This document shows positions 25,757 to 40,650 of a DNA stretch of 64,000 nt, in pieces. The stretch is from Eledone cirrhosa (lineage: Eukaryota), in contig OZ024742.1 of the NCBI GenBank assembly GCA_964016885.1, positions 147,622,001-147,686,000 on the forward strand, given 5' to 3'. Numbering within the stretch: position 1 is the first letter of the stretch; each line of letters begins with the position of its first letter. The translations under genes were made by a program, and so were the position numbers. The notes below the pieces were generated by a model, which searched no databases, was not told the DNA's origin, and worked only from the letters and a program-made list of their open reading frames with translations.

Positions 25757-27254
25757 CTAGCAGTGGTACCCGGCGTTGCACGGTAAAGGTATTTTGGAAC
25801 GCGGGCCGCCAACAGACCTAAGCGTGGGAAAAATCCATGCCTTGACAATATGTAAAGAAAATAACCCGAATACTATGATGGCTGGATAATCTAAGATTTT
25901 CCTCGAAGAAGCAGGAAAAATGCAGGTTTTCACCTAATGCGGGCTCTAGGGCTTCAAGAAAATGAATATTTTTTATGTGCGTAATATCCCTTCAAATTTC
26001 GGGAAAATCGGCTAGTCGTAACGCCTAAAAAAAGCCCTTAAAAGCTGAAAAAATGAAGTTTTTAATGTAATGCGGCCCTAGGCCATAAAAAAGTTGGATT
26101 TTCTTTGCTCAGGGTATGACGAAGAGACTGATTAATACAAAGTTACAATTACAAGGCAATCGGTCTGATGTAACGCCTCAAAATACCCCTAAATAGCTGA
26201 AATAACAGTTTTTCACCTAATAGGGGATCAAATGCTAGTCATTTATAATTCTTACAAAGTATAAAATTTACACAGCAAAAAAATATACAATACTTTATTT
26301 AAGTAATTCACATAAAAATATAAAATCAAAACGAAAAAATATATATGTATATAGATTTTCTACAATAACTATATGTATATATATAATAGCGGTAAAATAG
26401 TAACTTTTGTTCTCATAAAGGCACGTAAGCAAGCAACACTGAAAACTGAAGCTATTATAGCGATGTTTTTCTTTACCGGCTTTAATTTTTAGTGTTGTGT
26501 GAAATATATAACCTGCAAACCTGATTTTTTAATCGCAGCAGGATCGACTTTATTTCACTCGCTCCACTAAAGGTTGGATTACGGTATGAAGAGACTGACT
26601 AATACATAGTTACCAGCTTTCATTTATAGTGTTGTGTGAATTATATAACCGCCTTAGCTAAGCTTACTATTGCCACAACCACGGCTGGCAAAGAAGTAAG
26701 GGGCTGGTGGTACGTAAGTAAGCAACACTGTGGCTTAAAACATGAGGAAGAAATTGTGTGCACTTACCAACTGTTTGGGGAATGTGTGAGATTTGTCTTG
26801 AGCAAGGGTGGTTGAATAACCGGAGGCAGTGGGCCGTAACTGACGTAATGCAGACAGCCAGACATACACATTATAAGGGCGCATTCTGGACGCAGAGGGA
26901 ATTGTAGAAAGTGACTCAATGCAGACAGCCAGACAGACAGATATAATAAGGGCGCGTTCTGGACGCAGAGGGAATTGTAGGAAGTGACGTAATGCAGACA
27001 GCCAGACGTAGACAAATATTATAAGGGCGCGACGTTATATGTATCAATCTAAAAAGAGAAAGTCTAAGAATTATAGAGAGAGGTCGCTAAATCGCCTAAT
27101 GTGGTCCCTAGGACATTGAAATTTTTGCCCAGAACACTCCCTGAAACTAAGTATTACATGTGTAAAGTTTGAAAATAGTCGGTTGGGTGCTTCTCAAGTT
27201 TTAGGGGATTCAAACTCACACAGAGACAGACATCCTCAGTTTTATATATATAGA
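25757..27254 (-). mobile_element. Non-autonomous Helitron
   Basis: 5' TC, 3' CCGTGCAACGCCGGGTACCACTGCTAG, flanked by A and T. Confidence 0.85.
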
Positions 27255-27409
27255 TTATGATATTTGAAGCTTGTGTTATGTTTGTTCTAGATATAAATAA
27301 CACAGTATCACACATGTAGGTTTTTATACTATAATATATATCATATTTTAACATTATCAGTGACTGGGAAATATATTCATTTTAGACTGCCTCTCAACCC
27401 ACCAACTTT

Positions 27410-27790
27410 CTACATCACATTTTCACTAGATAACTACCATCAACCACTGACTACATCACATTTTCACTAGATGACTACCATCAACCACTGACTACATCAC
27501 ATGTTCACTAGATAACTACCATCAACCACTGACTACATGACATGTTCAATAGATAACTACCATCAACCACTGACTACATCGCATGTTCGATAACTCCCAT
27601 CAACCACTGACTACATCACATGTTCAATAGATAACTACCATCAACCACTGACTACATCGCATGTTCGATAACTACCATCAACCACTGACTACATCACATG
27701 TTCAATAGATAACTACCATCAACCATTAACAACATTGCATGTTCAATAACCACCATCAACCACTAAATATATTGCGTGTTCATTATATAA
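27410..27790. repeat. 41-bp minisatellite, ~8 copies
   Basis: Direct count. Confidence 0.95.
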
Positions 27791-28872
27791 CCATCATTTA
27801 ATGTAAAAAGATATCCTATTGTTTATCTCTCACTCACTACATGATAACCTCTAACATCTAGTATTTAATTTCAAATATTGTCAGCAAATTATATAGCTTA
27901 CAAGTAAACAGTTAGTAAATATTTCAGTTTAAAGAAATGTTTAACTTTTATCATATATTGAACTGTGAATTATATAGTTTATAGTTGTGTCAGGTTAAAT
28001 AATGACAGAATAATTTAAGAATAAATAATTTTTATTTAGATTTAGCGAAAGATTGAGAAAATTCAGTGATAATTTGTATGACAGACATATCAAACCCACA
28101 CAAGCCAGCTGAATGGACATTAAAACATTAATATTTATATACATATAAAAATGAGAAAACTCATCGCTAGAACAGCTGTTAAGACATCTAAATTCTGTCA
28201 AAGACAGCGATGGGCAAACATGCCTGAGGACAGAGACCAGTGGCCAACAATCCATAAGGTGGGTCACAGGCAGATGAAATATAGAAAAGATTGGAAGAGG
28301 ACAAACAGAAGTGTGTTGGTACATAGAAGTGACAGGCAGAAGGAAATAAAGACAATGTACAAGACAAGTTTACACACACACATCTATCTACACCCTCATC
28401 AGCTCTCAAACCAGCAAAACGTTTTTCACAATTTCTAATATAACTGAACAGTGCCATTGTCCTTTATTTATGACAGTGATTTCTCAGATATAATTATATA
28501 AAATAGTGTTGGAAGGTATATATTCTTTCTTCTGTAAATGGTTATATAAGTTTTGTTTATTTTCTCAAATGGGTTCTGTAACAGCTGATCTTTCTTTGTT
28601 ACAAACCAGGGGACGTCTTGCCCTAGAAAAATCTGGTAACAATGTTGTTGACCTCAACATCCACAAAACTTTAATGATGTCTTGTATGTAAATCTCTAAA
28701 AACTGCCCACTGAAGAGCTTCATTGATCTGTCATCTTTGTTGCACACCCTATCAACTCTCCATTATGTCCTCAATAATCATCATTTACTTATTAATGACC
28801 ATCTAGCCATCATGTCCAGCAATGCCCACTAAGTTGATACCACCCTTCATTCATAAAATAATTTACCACAGA

Positions 28873-30156
28873 TCATTTCTTTCTGGTATGAATGCATTTG
28901 TGAGAAGTTAAATTAGATTTCACAGAAAATGATTTATCACACCTCTCACATTGATATGGCTTCTCTCCTGTATGAACACGTTTGTGGATAGTTAAGTGAC
29001 TTCTGTAAGTAAATGATTTACCACAGATTTCACAATGATGTGGTTTTTCTCCTGTGTGAATACGTTTGTGAGTATCTAATTGATCCTGTCGAGAAAATGA
29101 TTTACCACAGATATCACAACAATTTGGTTTCTTTCCTGTATGTGTGCGATTGTGAGAAGTTAATTCACTATTTCTAGAGAATGACTTACTACAGATTTCA
29201 CAATGATATGGCTTTTCTCCTGTATGTATACGCTTGTGTTCAGCTAAAGAATTTCCATGAGAGAATGCTTCATCACAGATATCACAGTGATATGGTTTCT
29301 CTCCTGTATGAATACGCTTGTGAATATTTACGTTACCTTTTTGAAAGAATGATTTACCACAGATATCACAGTGATATGGCTTCTTTCCTGTATGAATGAG
29401 TTTGTGTTTAATTAAGGCACTTGTATGATTGAAAGATTTACCACAGATATCACAGTGATATGGTCTCTCTCCTGTATGAATACGTTTGTGAGTAGTTAGG
29501 TTACTTTTTTGAAAGAATGATTTGCTGCAGAAATCACAGTGATATAGCTTCTTTCCTGTATGAATTCTTTTATGTTTAGTTAAGTCACTTCTTTGTGAGA
29601 ATGACGTAACACAGATATTGCAGTGATATGGTTTTTCTCCAGTATGTATACGTTTGTGGCTTGTTAAGGCATTTCTTACAGAGAATGTCTTGCCACATAT
29701 ATCACAGTGATATGGTCTTTCTCCTGTATGGATACGTGTATGGCTAGTTAAGTCATTTCTTTGTGAGAATGATTTACCACAGATATCACAGTGATATGGC
29801 TTTTCTCCAGTGTGAGTACGTTTATGGTTAGTTAGGCCATTTCCATCAGAGAATGATTTACCACAGATATCACAGTGATATGGTTTTTCTCCTGTATGAA
29901 TACGTTTATGTCCAGTTAAAGAATTTCCGTGAGAGAATGATTTACCACAGATATCACAGTGATATGGTTTTTCGCCTGTATGAATGCGTTTATGAGTAGT
30001 TACATTACCTTTCTGAGAGAATGATTTACCACAGATATCACAGTGATATGGTTTTGTATTTGTATGAGTTTCTTTATGCTTAGTCAAGTCATTCCTTCGA
30101 GAGAATGATTTTTTACACATATTACAGTGGTAGGATTTTCCCGTATTTTTCGGCAT
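28873..30156 (-). CDS. C2H2 zinc-finger protein ZNF-4: 15 fingers
   Basis: 427-aa intact ORF; lacks four whole fingers relative to ZNF-2/3. Confidence 0.92.
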   Translation of the reverse strand: MPKNTGKSYHCNMCKKSFSRRNDLTKHKETHTNTKPYHCDICGKSFSQKGNVTTHKRIHTGEKPYHCDICGKSFSHGNSLTGHKRIHTGEKPYHCDICGKSFSDGNGLTNHKRTHTGEKPYHCDICGKSFSQRNDLTSHTRIHTGERPYHCDICGKTFSVRNALTSHKRIHTGEKPYHCNICVTSFSQRSDLTKHKRIHTGKKLYHCDFCSKSFFQKSNLTTHKRIHTGERPYHCDICGKSFNHTSALIKHKLIHTGKKPYHCDICGKSFFQKGNVNIHKRIHTGEKPYHCDICDEAFSHGNSLAEHKRIHTGEKPYHCEICSKSFSRNSELTSHNRTHTGKKPNCCDICGKSFSRQDQLDTHKRIHTGEKPHHCEICGKSFTYRSHLTIHKRVHTGEKPYQCERCDKSFSVKSNLTSHKCIHTRKK

Positions 30157-30619
30157 CTTTGTGGTAATAAACTTAATCCTTTAAATGACTCAGATAAGTT
30201 ATTTCCCTACAACTCTGATGTCACCACAATATATACATAATTTTCTTTTTATATTTTATTTCAAACAAACATTTCTACAGCTACATTTCCATCAACTATA
30301 GTCTTTGTCGATATCTGAAGATTCTGTACACTCCTCTGTAAGTTTATTTAAGTTTAATGAGAATGAAAAATCACCCTGAACATAATCCAGTCAGTGAAAT
30401 AGAGAAATGTTGCTATTAATCTCAGTTCAGAGGAAATAGTTCACAGTAATTCTACCACAGATTAATAGAAACACAATTATATCTGTTGTATATAACTCCT
30501 TCCTTTAGTCTTTAAAGATGATAAATATTGATGACACTTTTAAAGTAAAAACGTTATTCTGAAATAATAAAGAAACAGTAAAAGATATAAGTGGATATTA
30601 AAAAGTAAAGATTCAACAA

Positions 30620-32015
30620 TAGAAATTGGGCATATTACTGCAGAGTTACTGCAATTTTAACACTTAATTCAGCCTCCTGCCTTCCATCACCCATGAACAC
30701 GGACCCAAGATACTTGAACTTCTCCACCTGCTTCAGTGGAACTCCCCTCACAAGTAGAGTGCACAGTGCAGCTTCTTTGAGAGGATGAGTGTCTGTCTTT
30801 GTAGCATTGATTTTCATCCCTATGGTGTAGCACTCAGCATGAAAGCTATCAAGTGCATGTTGATGGTCACCTTCTGATGAGCTAAGTAATACCATGTCGT
30901 CTGAAAATTCCAGCTGACTGATCTTACTCATGCCAGTATTGATGCCACTTCCATCCTGGCTGTGTATATCAACTCAGTTCATGGATATTATGAACAGAAG
31001 AGGCGACAGTATGCACCTTTGGCAGAGTCCAAATCTCACATTGAATGGTTTCAATTTAGCACCATTTATCCGAACACAAATACTTCAGCATTCATGTAGA
31101 CATCAGGGCAACATGAAGTTGTACATAGATCCCATACTCCTGCAGAACCTTCTACAGCAGGTTCTGTGGAATATGGTTGTATATCTTTATAAGATCTACA
31201 AAGCAAGAATACACCTCTTAGCAATACTCTCACGATTTCTCAAAGACCTGCTGCAATGTGAATATTTGGTTGGCTGTTTTGCATCAGGGGCGAAAGCTAC
31301 ACTGTTCATCAGCTAGCTTTGATTCAACAATCCTTCTACATCTCTTTGCCAGACATTTAGCATAGACTTTACAAGATCCTTCTCTAATTGGAGCAATCTC
31401 TCGTCTCACTTTTTGAAAATAGGGATTATCACCCCCAATTACCATTGATTAGGCGTCTTTTCAGAGATCTAAGTCGGTGGATGATCTACCAGAACACTTT
31501 ATTTGCTGATCTGAAGTCGGATTCCTGCTTAACCACAAAGTCCTCACATGTCTTAACTTTGGACACCATTACTGTCTCTGCTGTGACTTTTTGCACCTGC
31601 TTGTACTGCATGTGCAAGGAGGACTTATTTCCAAGCCAAACTTTGTAGGCCGCCTTCTTTGCTTGGCTGGCATCTTTGACAATTTGACTGAACCATGGGG
31701 TCCTCCTGTCGCCCAACGCCACACCAAGTTGCTTTCATCTGTAGCATTTAACAGCTGAAACAGAAACTGACTATTTAAACAGACTCCACTCCACTCAGTT
31801 TGCTCAGAGATTTCTCTGAATTTGGATGCAATAACATCCGCATAACTGGTCCTCACTTCCTTATTCATCAAAACTTCTCACTTTATCCTATAGGTCGACC
31901 TGGACCTGCTCATTTTGTAGGCTTTTTCGGCTTTAGGTAGTCTCGAATTGCAGATAACTAAATGGTGATGAGTTGACAGTCCACCCCTCTCTTAATACGA
32001 ACATCCAGCACAAAA
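30620..32015 (-). mobile_element. RTE-clade LINE fragment (duplicated with the unit)
   Basis: ORFs 30635-30931 and 31486-31722. Confidence 0.85.
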
Positions 32016-32074
32016 TCGAAAATATATATAATAACGTTATAATCCGTGTGCAAAACGCGAATTTGAAAACATTT

Positions 32075-32448
32075 TCGTCATACTTTCCAATTTTAATGCT
32101 CTTGAACTTTCTCGCGTTAAATTATTATTTTTTTCTTTTAATAATTTTAAGAAAAGAAAATAAGAAACATAAATTATAATATTCAAAAGTGTCTATTATA
32201 CATCATAATAATGTTGTATTCAATATTGCCGAAGTTGTTTTCTGGAATAGCACGGCGCCAATAGAGGTAACTGGCGAATCTCGCGAGGGCGCTTGGCTGT
32301 TCCAGCGCATTAGCCTCGCCATCACCTGAGGCAACGCTGCCAGTGGGCTGGCTTGCCTCAAAAGTCATCAGAGAGGTTGCCGAGTACCCCTGGCTGGTCT
32401 TTTGCTCTGGTGTTGGCTCGGTTGTTCAACCCTGCCTTTACAGTTTTA
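32075..32448 (-). promoter_or_regulatory. Putative ZNF-4 promoter and exon 1
   Basis: Paralogous block; TCTCGCGAG 32279-32287. Confidence 0.6.
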
Positions 32449-34652
32449 AAGGAAGATTTGTTTGTTTTTTTTATAGTACTGTTTGGTATTCCTTAAGTTT
32501 CCAGTTTTTTTTCCTCTCTTCTTTTATTTAAACATGTCTTTCTCCCTTCCCTACCCCTTTTCTTTACTTTCGCTATTTAATTTTTTTCCCCTCTTTCTTT
32601 TTCCTTTTTGTTATTGGAAACATTATATAACAGAATTGAAATTTGTCGAATAAATAAAAGTCCTTTAAAAAATTTTTTTTATTTAAAATATGTATATGAA
32701 AACAAAACTACCAAATCAATGTAATTCAATAAAACAACAATATTATTTATTCAATGTTAATAGTATTTTTCTTACTTAATTACACTAAAACAAAATAAAA
32801 AAATAATCTAACGCGGGGAAAGTTCAAGATAACCACTTTTACACCTACCTCCCATATTATGATACGCCATCGTAGACTTCTTTGTGCATATATAACCACG
32901 ATAAAAGTATGTCTATACCTTTATTACTATGTATAATTTCCACCATAAAGTCAACATATTTATTTCATCAATTTAAACGTCCTTATAGGGCTGGTAAGCC
33001 TGATAGACGGGCAGAGTTATTTAATATCCTTTATAACAATAGTCAGAAACAAAAAGGAGGCAAATGAAGCAAAAAATAAGTAAAAAAAGGTATTTCGAGA
33101 TTTTTAAAATATTTTTTTTCTTCTAAATACAATTTCTTTAATAATGATAACAATTTAAGTTACGACGTAATTCATAATATATTCAAAATTAAATTATTAA
33201 AAGAAATGTGTATAAAAAAAAAAAACGATAATTATGCTAGCCTGTATATCCTGTATCGTCTAAGTGGAACAATTTTATTATTTACACATATTAATATAGA
33301 CTTAAGGTAAATGTTTGTCAACTTACCGTGTTCACATGTAAACAGTAAATGAGTGAGTTGCGTGTTTATTTTATAAAACTACCAAAGAAATTATCTGGTT
33401 GTTATATTCAGCTTTTCAAATGTTTGATCAACTTTAGTTCTACAGCATCAATTTACAATGTAACTTCACATCTTTAGCCGGAGATTCGTATCTTGTCAGA
33501 ATATCATTAGCCACAATTTCGATATGAAATCCTTCTGCTACATTTACTGTTATTTTTATATCGACAAATAATTTCAGAAATGATTGATTAAAATTGTCCA
33601 AATGTAATAAAATCTAATTAATTTATAATAATATTTATCTGATTAAAGCATAATATTATTGTAATTATCTTTACATATACATGAACTGTTAAGTATATTT
33701 TGTTTGCAAAGATAAACATTTCATTACAAATGCAAACTCCATTTTCTTAAATAAAAAACGCTTGTGTGTGTGTGTAAAACAATTTTAATCCAAACTAATT
33801 CAAGAAAGCTATTTACATTTCCTCAACTACGCCCGTATTCAGCAAAATTATCTCAGTCAATAGTTCATCCACTGAGAACAGAATGGTATGGTTTGGTGTT
33901 GACCATTGTTGACAGATCGTAGTCAAGGATTTATACAAGTCAGGGTTTAATGGAAGCTGCAAAAGCAATGTGCATATAGACACACACATATATATGTGCA
34001 ACAAATTATCCTTTGGTGAATTTTGCTATGGTATGAAAATACGCCGTATTTTCATAATTTCCGATAAAAATTTACCGAACACTATGATGTTACTCTCAGC
34101 TAAGACAGCAACTACACAATCTCCATTTTTGACCAGTCAGACACAGGCTGAAGCTGTCACAGCTTTATTTCTTACTCTCTTTACAAACATCGCTTAGCCT
34201 GTTTCTCTCTAAAACGATGTACAATAAAACATAGTTTGCCTCAATACAACTTCAACTAAAAACATTGCAAAGAAAATACTTTCTGTGAATTCTATTTCAA
34301 TATAATGTCAATATGGTTTTGTAAAATTCCATGGCTAAAATAAATATTTCAAATGTAGTTTTGTTTCCTTTATGCTCATTATTCACTCAGATACTAATGA
34401 GGTAATGCTGGAGTTATGAGAAAATACACCCACTATACTCTGTAATGCATCATGCTGGTACTGCAATAAAATACACCTGGTGTACTCAGTTAAGTGGTTG
34501 GTGATAGGAAGGGCATCTAGATATAAACTATGGTAAGTATGGTAAGTATGAGCTAGATGTGGTTCTCAGACCAATAGTCTTGGCCATTGACCTTCTGTCC
34601 ACCCTATGCCAGTATGGAAAGCAGATGTAAATGATGATTATTATATTATACA

Positions 34653-36078
34653 CTAGCAGTGGTACCCGGCGTTGCACGGTAAAGGTATTTTGGAACGCGG
34701 GCCGCCAACAGACCTAAGCGTGGGAAAAATCCATGCCTTGACAATATGTAAAGAAAATAACCCGAATACTATGATGGCTGGATAATCTAAGATTTTCCTC
34801 GAAGAAGCAGGAAAAATGCAGGTTTTCACCTAATGCGGGCCCTAGGGCTTCAAGAAAATCAATATTTTTTATGTGCGTAATATCCCTTGAAATTTCGGGA
34901 AAATCGGCTAGTCGTAACGCCTAAAAAAAGCCCTTAAAAGCTGAAAAAATGAAGTTTTTAACCTAATGCGGCCCTAGGCCATAAATAAGTTGGATTTCCT
35001 TTACTCACGGTATGACGAAGAGACTGATTAATACAAAGTTACAATTACAAGGCAATCGGTCTGATGTAACGCCTCAAAATACCCCTAAATAACTGAAATA
35101 ACACAGTTTTTCACCTAATAAGGGATCAAATGCTAGTCATTTAGAATTCTTACAAAGTATAAAATTTACACAGCAAAAAAATACACAATACTTTATTTAA
35201 GTAATTCGGATAAAAATATATAATCAAAACGAAAAAATATATATGTATATAGATTTTTTACAATAACTATATGTATATATATAATAGCGGTAAAATAGTA
35301 ACTTTTGTTCTCATAAAGGCACGTAAGCAAGCAACACCGTGAAAACTGAAGCTATTCTTGCGATGTTTTTCTTTACCGGCTTTAATTTTTAGTGTTGGGT
35401 GAAATATATAACCTGCAAACCTGATTTTTTAATCGCAGCAGGATCGACTTTATTTCACTCGCTCCACTAAAGGTTGGATTACGGTATGAAGAAGAGACTG
35501 ACTAATACATAGTTACCAGCTTTCATTTATAGTGTTGTGTGAATTATATAACCGCCTTAGCTAAGCTTACTATTGCCACAACCACGGCTGGCAAAGAAGT
35601 AAGGGGCTGGTGGTACGTAAGTAAGCAACACTGTGGCTTAAAACGTGAGGAAGAAATTGTGTGCACTTACCAACTGTTTGGGGAATGAGTGTGAGATTTG
35701 TCTTGAGCAAGGGTGGCTAAATAACCGGAGGCAGTGGGCCGTAACTGACGTAATGCAGACATAGACATATATTACAAGAGCGCTTTCTGGATGCAGAGGG
35801 AATTGTAGGAAGTGACGTAATGCAGACAGTCAGACGTACAGACAGATATTATATGTATCTATCTAAAGAGAGAAAGACTAAGAATTATAGAGAGAGATCG
35901 CTAATTCGCCTAATCCGGTCCCTAGGGCATTGAAAATTTGAAATGTTTTTGCTCAGAACACTCCCTAAAACATAAGTATTACATGTGTAGTTTGAAAACA
36001 GTCAGTTGGGTGCTTCTCGAGTTTTTAGGGGATTTAAACTCACACACAGACAGACATCCTCAGTTTTATATATATAGA
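34653..36078 (-). mobile_element. Non-autonomous Helitron
   Basis: Same TC...hairpin-CTAG termini. Confidence 0.85.
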
Positions 36079-36231
36079 TTATGATATTTGAAGCCTGTGT
36101 TATGTTCGTTCTAGATATAAATAACACTATCACACACGTAGGTTTTTATACTATAATATATATCATATTTTAACATTATCATTGACTGGGAAATATATTC
36201 ATTTTAGACTGCCTCTCAACCCACCAACTTT

Positions 36232-36370
36232 CTACATCACATTTTCACTAGATAACTTCCATCAACCACTGACTACATCACATGTTCAATAGATAACTAC
36301 TATCAACCATTAACAACATTGCATGTTCAATAACCACCATCAACCACTAAATATATTGCGTGTTCATTAT
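36232..36370. repeat. 41-bp minisatellite, ~2 copies
   Basis: Direct count. Confidence 0.9.
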
Positions 36371-37503
36371 ATAACCATCATTTAATGTAAAAAGATATCC
36401 TATTGTTTATCTCTCACTCACTACATGATAACCTCTAATATCTAGTATTTAGTTTCAAATATTGTCAACAAATTATATAGCTTACAAGTAAACAGTTAGT
36501 AAATATTTCAGTTTAAAGAAATGTTTAACTTTTATCATATATTGAACTGTGAATTATATAGTTTATAGTTGTCAGGTTAAATAATGACAGAATAATTTAA
36601 GAATAAATAATTTTTATTTAGATTTAGCATGATGAAGAATATTCAGATGTATGTGGTCAAAACTCAGGATTCTGGGATTGACAGTTAAGAAAGATGACAA
36701 AAGATTGAGAAAATTCAGTGATAATTTGTGTGACAGACATATCAAACCCACACAAGCCTGCTGAATGGACATTAAAACATTAATATTTATATACATATAA
36801 AAATGAGAAAACTCATCGCTAGAACAGCTGTTAAGACATCTAAATTCTGTCAAAGACAACAATGGACAAAAAATGCCTGAGGACAGAGACCAGTGGCCAA
36901 CAATCCACAAGGTGGGTCACAGGCAGGTGAAATATAGAAAAGATTGGAAGAGGACAAAGAGAAGTGTGTTGGTGCATAGAAGTGACTGGCAGAAGGAAAT
37001 AAAGACAATGTACAAGACAAGTTTACGCACACACATCTATCTTCACCCTCATCAACTGTCAAACCAACAAAACGTTTTTCACAATTTCAAATATAACTGA
37101 ACAGTGCCATTGTCCTATATTTATGAGTGATTTCTCAGATATAGTTATATAAAATAGTGTTGTAAATGGTTATATAAGTTTTGTTTATTATCTCAAATGG
37201 GTTCTGTAACAGTTAATCTTTCTTTGTTACAAACCAGTGGACGTCTTGCCCTAGAAAAATCTGGTAACAATAATGTTGTTAGCCTCAACATCCACAAAAC
37301 TTTAATGATGTCTTGTATGTAAATCTCTAAAAACTGCCCACTGAAGAGCTTCATTGATCTGTCATCTTTGTTGCACACCCTATCAACTCTCCATTATGTC
37401 CTCAATAATCATCATTTACTTATTAATGACCATCTAGCCATCATGTCCAGCAATGCCCACTAAGTTGATACCACCCTTCATTCATAAAATAATTTACCAC
37501 AGA

Positions 37504-38451
37504 TCATTTCTTTCTGGTATGAATGCATTTGTGAGAAGTTAAATTAGATTTCACAGAAAATGATTTATCACACCTCTCACATTGATATGGCTTCTCTCCT
37601 GTATGAACACGTTTGTGAGATTTTAAGTGATCATTTCGTGTGAATGATTTACCACAGATATCACAGTGATATGGTTTCTCTCCTGAATGAATACGTTTGT
37701 GGGTAGTCAGGGTACTTTTTTGAAAGAACGATTTGCTGCAGAAATCACAGTGATATAGCTTATTTCCTGTATGAATTCTTTTATGATTAGTTAACTCACT
37801 TTTTTGTGAGAATGATTTAACACAGATATTGCAGTGATATGGTTTTTCTCCAGTATGTATACGTTTGTGGTTTATTAAGGCACTTCCTACAGAGAATGTC
37901 TTGCCACATATATCACAGTGATATGGTCTTTCTCCTGTATGGATACGTGTATGAGTAGTTGCATTACTTTTCTGAGGGAATGACTTACCACAGATATCAC
38001 AGTGATATGGTTTTTCTCCTGTATGTATACGTTTGTGGTTTGTTAAGGTATTTCTTACAGAGAACGTCTTGCCACATATATCACAGTGATATGGTCTCTC
38101 TCCTGTATGGATACGTGTATGGTTAGTTAATTCATTTCTTTGTGAGAATGATTTACCACAGATATCACAGTGATATGGTTTCTCTCCTGTATGAATACGT
38201 ATGTGTCCAGTTAAAGTATTTCCATCAGAGAATGATTTACCACAGATATCACAGTGATATGGTTTTTCGCCTGTATGAATGCGTTTATGAGTAGTTACAT
38301 TACCTTTCTGAGAGAATGATTTACCACAGATATCACAGTTATATGGTTTTGTATTTGTATGAGTTTCTTTATGATTAGTCAGGTCATTCCTTCGAGAGAA
38401 TGATTTTTTACACATATTACTGTCATATGATTTTCCCGTATTTTTCGGCAT
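37504..38451 (-). CDS. C2H2 zinc-finger protein ZNF-5: 11 fingers (first degenerate)
   Basis: 315-aa intact ORF with the same termini; in-frame loss of a block of fingers. Confidence 0.9.
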   Translation of the reverse strand: MPKNTGKSYDSNMCKKSFSRRNDLTNHKETHTNTKPYNCDICGKSFSQKGNVTTHKRIHTGEKPYHCDICGKSFSDGNTLTGHIRIHTGEKPYHCDICGKSFSQRNELTNHTRIHTGERPYHCDICGKTFSVRNTLTNHKRIHTGEKPYHCDICGKSFPQKSNATTHTRIHTGERPYHCDICGKTFSVGSALINHKRIHTGEKPYHCNICVKSFSQKSELTNHKRIHTGNKLYHCDFCSKSFFQKSTLTTHKRIHSGEKPYHCDICGKSFTRNDHLKSHKRVHTGEKPYQCERCDKSFSVKSNLTSHKCIHTRKK

Positions 38452-38844
38452 CTTTGTGGTAATAAATTTAATCCTTTAAATCACTCAGATAAGTTATTTC
38501 CCTACAACTCTGATGTCAACACAATATATAGATAATTTTCTTTTTATATTTTATTTCAAACAAACATTTCTACAGCTACATTTCCATCAACTATAGTCTT
38601 TGTCAATATCTGAAGATCCTGTACACTCCTTTGTAAGTATGTTACAAACAATTATATCTGTTGTATATAACTCCTTCCTTTCGTCTTTAAAAGACGATAA
38701 ATATTGATGACACTGTTAAAGTAAAAACGTTATTCTGAAATAATAAAGAAACAGTAAAAGATATAAGTGGATATTAAAAAGTAAAGATTCAACAATAGAA
38801 ATTTTACTACTTTTTCATATTCATAAACTGTAAACTTTTACCTA

Positions 38845-40230
38845 CTTATGAAGAAATTGGGCATATTACTGCATACGTTACTGCAATTTTTACACTTAAT
38901 TCAGCCTCCTGCCTTCCATCACCCATGAACACGGACCCAAGCTACTTGAACTTCTCCACCTGCTGCAGTGGAACTCCCCTCACAAGTAGAGTGCACTGTG
39001 CACCTTCTTTGAGAGGATGAGTGTCTGTCTTTGTAGCATTGATTTTCATGCCTATGTTGTAGCACTCAGCATGAAAGCTATCAAGTGCATGTTGATTGTC
39101 ACTTTCTGATGAGCTCAGTAATACCATGTCGTCTGAAAATTCCAGCTGACTGATCTTACTCATGCCAGTATTGATACCACTTCCATCCTGGCTGTGTATA
39201 TCAACTCAAAATGAAGATTATGAACAGAAGAGGCGACAGTATGTACATTTGGCGGAGTCCAAATCTCACATTGAATGGTTTTGATTTAGCACCATTTATC
39301 CAAACACAAATACTTCAGCATTCATATAGACATCAGGGTAACATGAAGTTGTACATAGATCCCATACTCCTGCAGAACCTTCTACAGCAGGTTCTGTGGA
39401 ATATGGTTGCATGTCTTTATAAGATCTACAAAGCAAGAATACACCTCTTAGCAATACTCTCACGATTTCTCAAAGACCTGCTGCAATGTGAATATTTGGT
39501 TGGCTGTTTTGCATCAGGGGCGAAAGCTACACTGTTCATCAGCTAGCTTTGATTCAACAATCCTTCTACATCTCTTTGCCAGACATTTAGCATAGACTTT
39601 ACAAGATCCTTCTCTAATCTCTCTTTTTGAAAATGGGGATTATCACCCCCAATTGCCATTGCTTAGGCGTCTTTTCAGAGATCTAAGTCGGTGAATGATC
39701 TTCCAGAACACTTTATTTGCTGATCTGAAGTCGGATTCCTGCTGAACCCCAAAGTCCTCGCATGTCTTAACTTTGGACACCATTACTGTCTCTGCTGTGA
39801 CTTTTTGCACCTGCTTGTACTGCATGTACAAAGAGGACTTATTTCCAAGCCAAGCTTTGTAGGCCGCCTTCTTTGCTTGGCTGGCATCTTTGACCTTTTG
39901 ACTGAACCATGTGGTCCTCCTGTCGCCCAGCGCCACACCAAGTTGCTTTCATCTGTAGCATTTAACAGCTGAAACAGAAACTGACTATTTAAACAGTCTC
40001 CACTCCACTCAGTTTGCTCAGAGATTTCTCTGAATTTGGATGCAATAACATCCGCATAACTGGTCCTCACTTCCTTATCCATCAAAACTTCCCACTTTAT
40101 CCTATAAGTCGACCTGGACCTGCTCATTTTGTAGGCTTTTTCGGCTTTAGGTAGTCTCGAATTGCAGATAACTAAATGGTGATGAGTTGACAGTCCACCC
40201 CTCTCTTAATACGAACATCCAGCACAAAAT
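38845..40230 (-). mobile_element. RTE-clade LINE fragment (duplicated with the unit)
   Basis: ORFs 38942-39163 and 39643-39936. Confidence 0.85.
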
Positions 40231-40289
40231 CGAAAATATATATAATAACGTTATAATCCGTGTGCAAAACGCGAATTTGTAAACATTTT

Positions 40290-40650
40290 CATCATACTTT
40301 CCAACTTTAATGATCTTGAACTTTCTCGCGTTAAATTATTATTTTTTTCTTTTAATAATTTTAAGAAAAGAAAATAAGAAACATAAATTATAATATTCAA
40401 AAGTGTCTATTATACATCATAATAATGTTGTATTCAATATTGCCGAAGTTGTTTTCTGGAATAGCACGGCGCCAATAGAGGTAACTGGCGAATCTCGCGA
40501 GGGCGCTTGGCTGTTCCAGCGCATTAGCCTCGCCATCACTGCCAGTGGGCTGGCTTGCCTCAAAAGTCATCAGAGAGGTTGCCGAGTACCCCTCGCTGGT
40601 CTTTTGCTCTGGTGTTGGCTCGGTTGTTCACCCCTTCCTTTACAGTTTTA
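40290..40650 (-). promoter_or_regulatory. Putative ZNF-5 promoter and exon 1
   Basis: Paralogous block; TCTCGCGAG 40493-40501. Confidence 0.6.

Noticed and set aside
735-28873. Identical stop-to-stop spacing of 9130 bp for ZNF-1 to 2 and ZNF-3 to 4
   Set aside because: Internal contents differ (finger number, VNTR, insertions), so the equality appears coincidental
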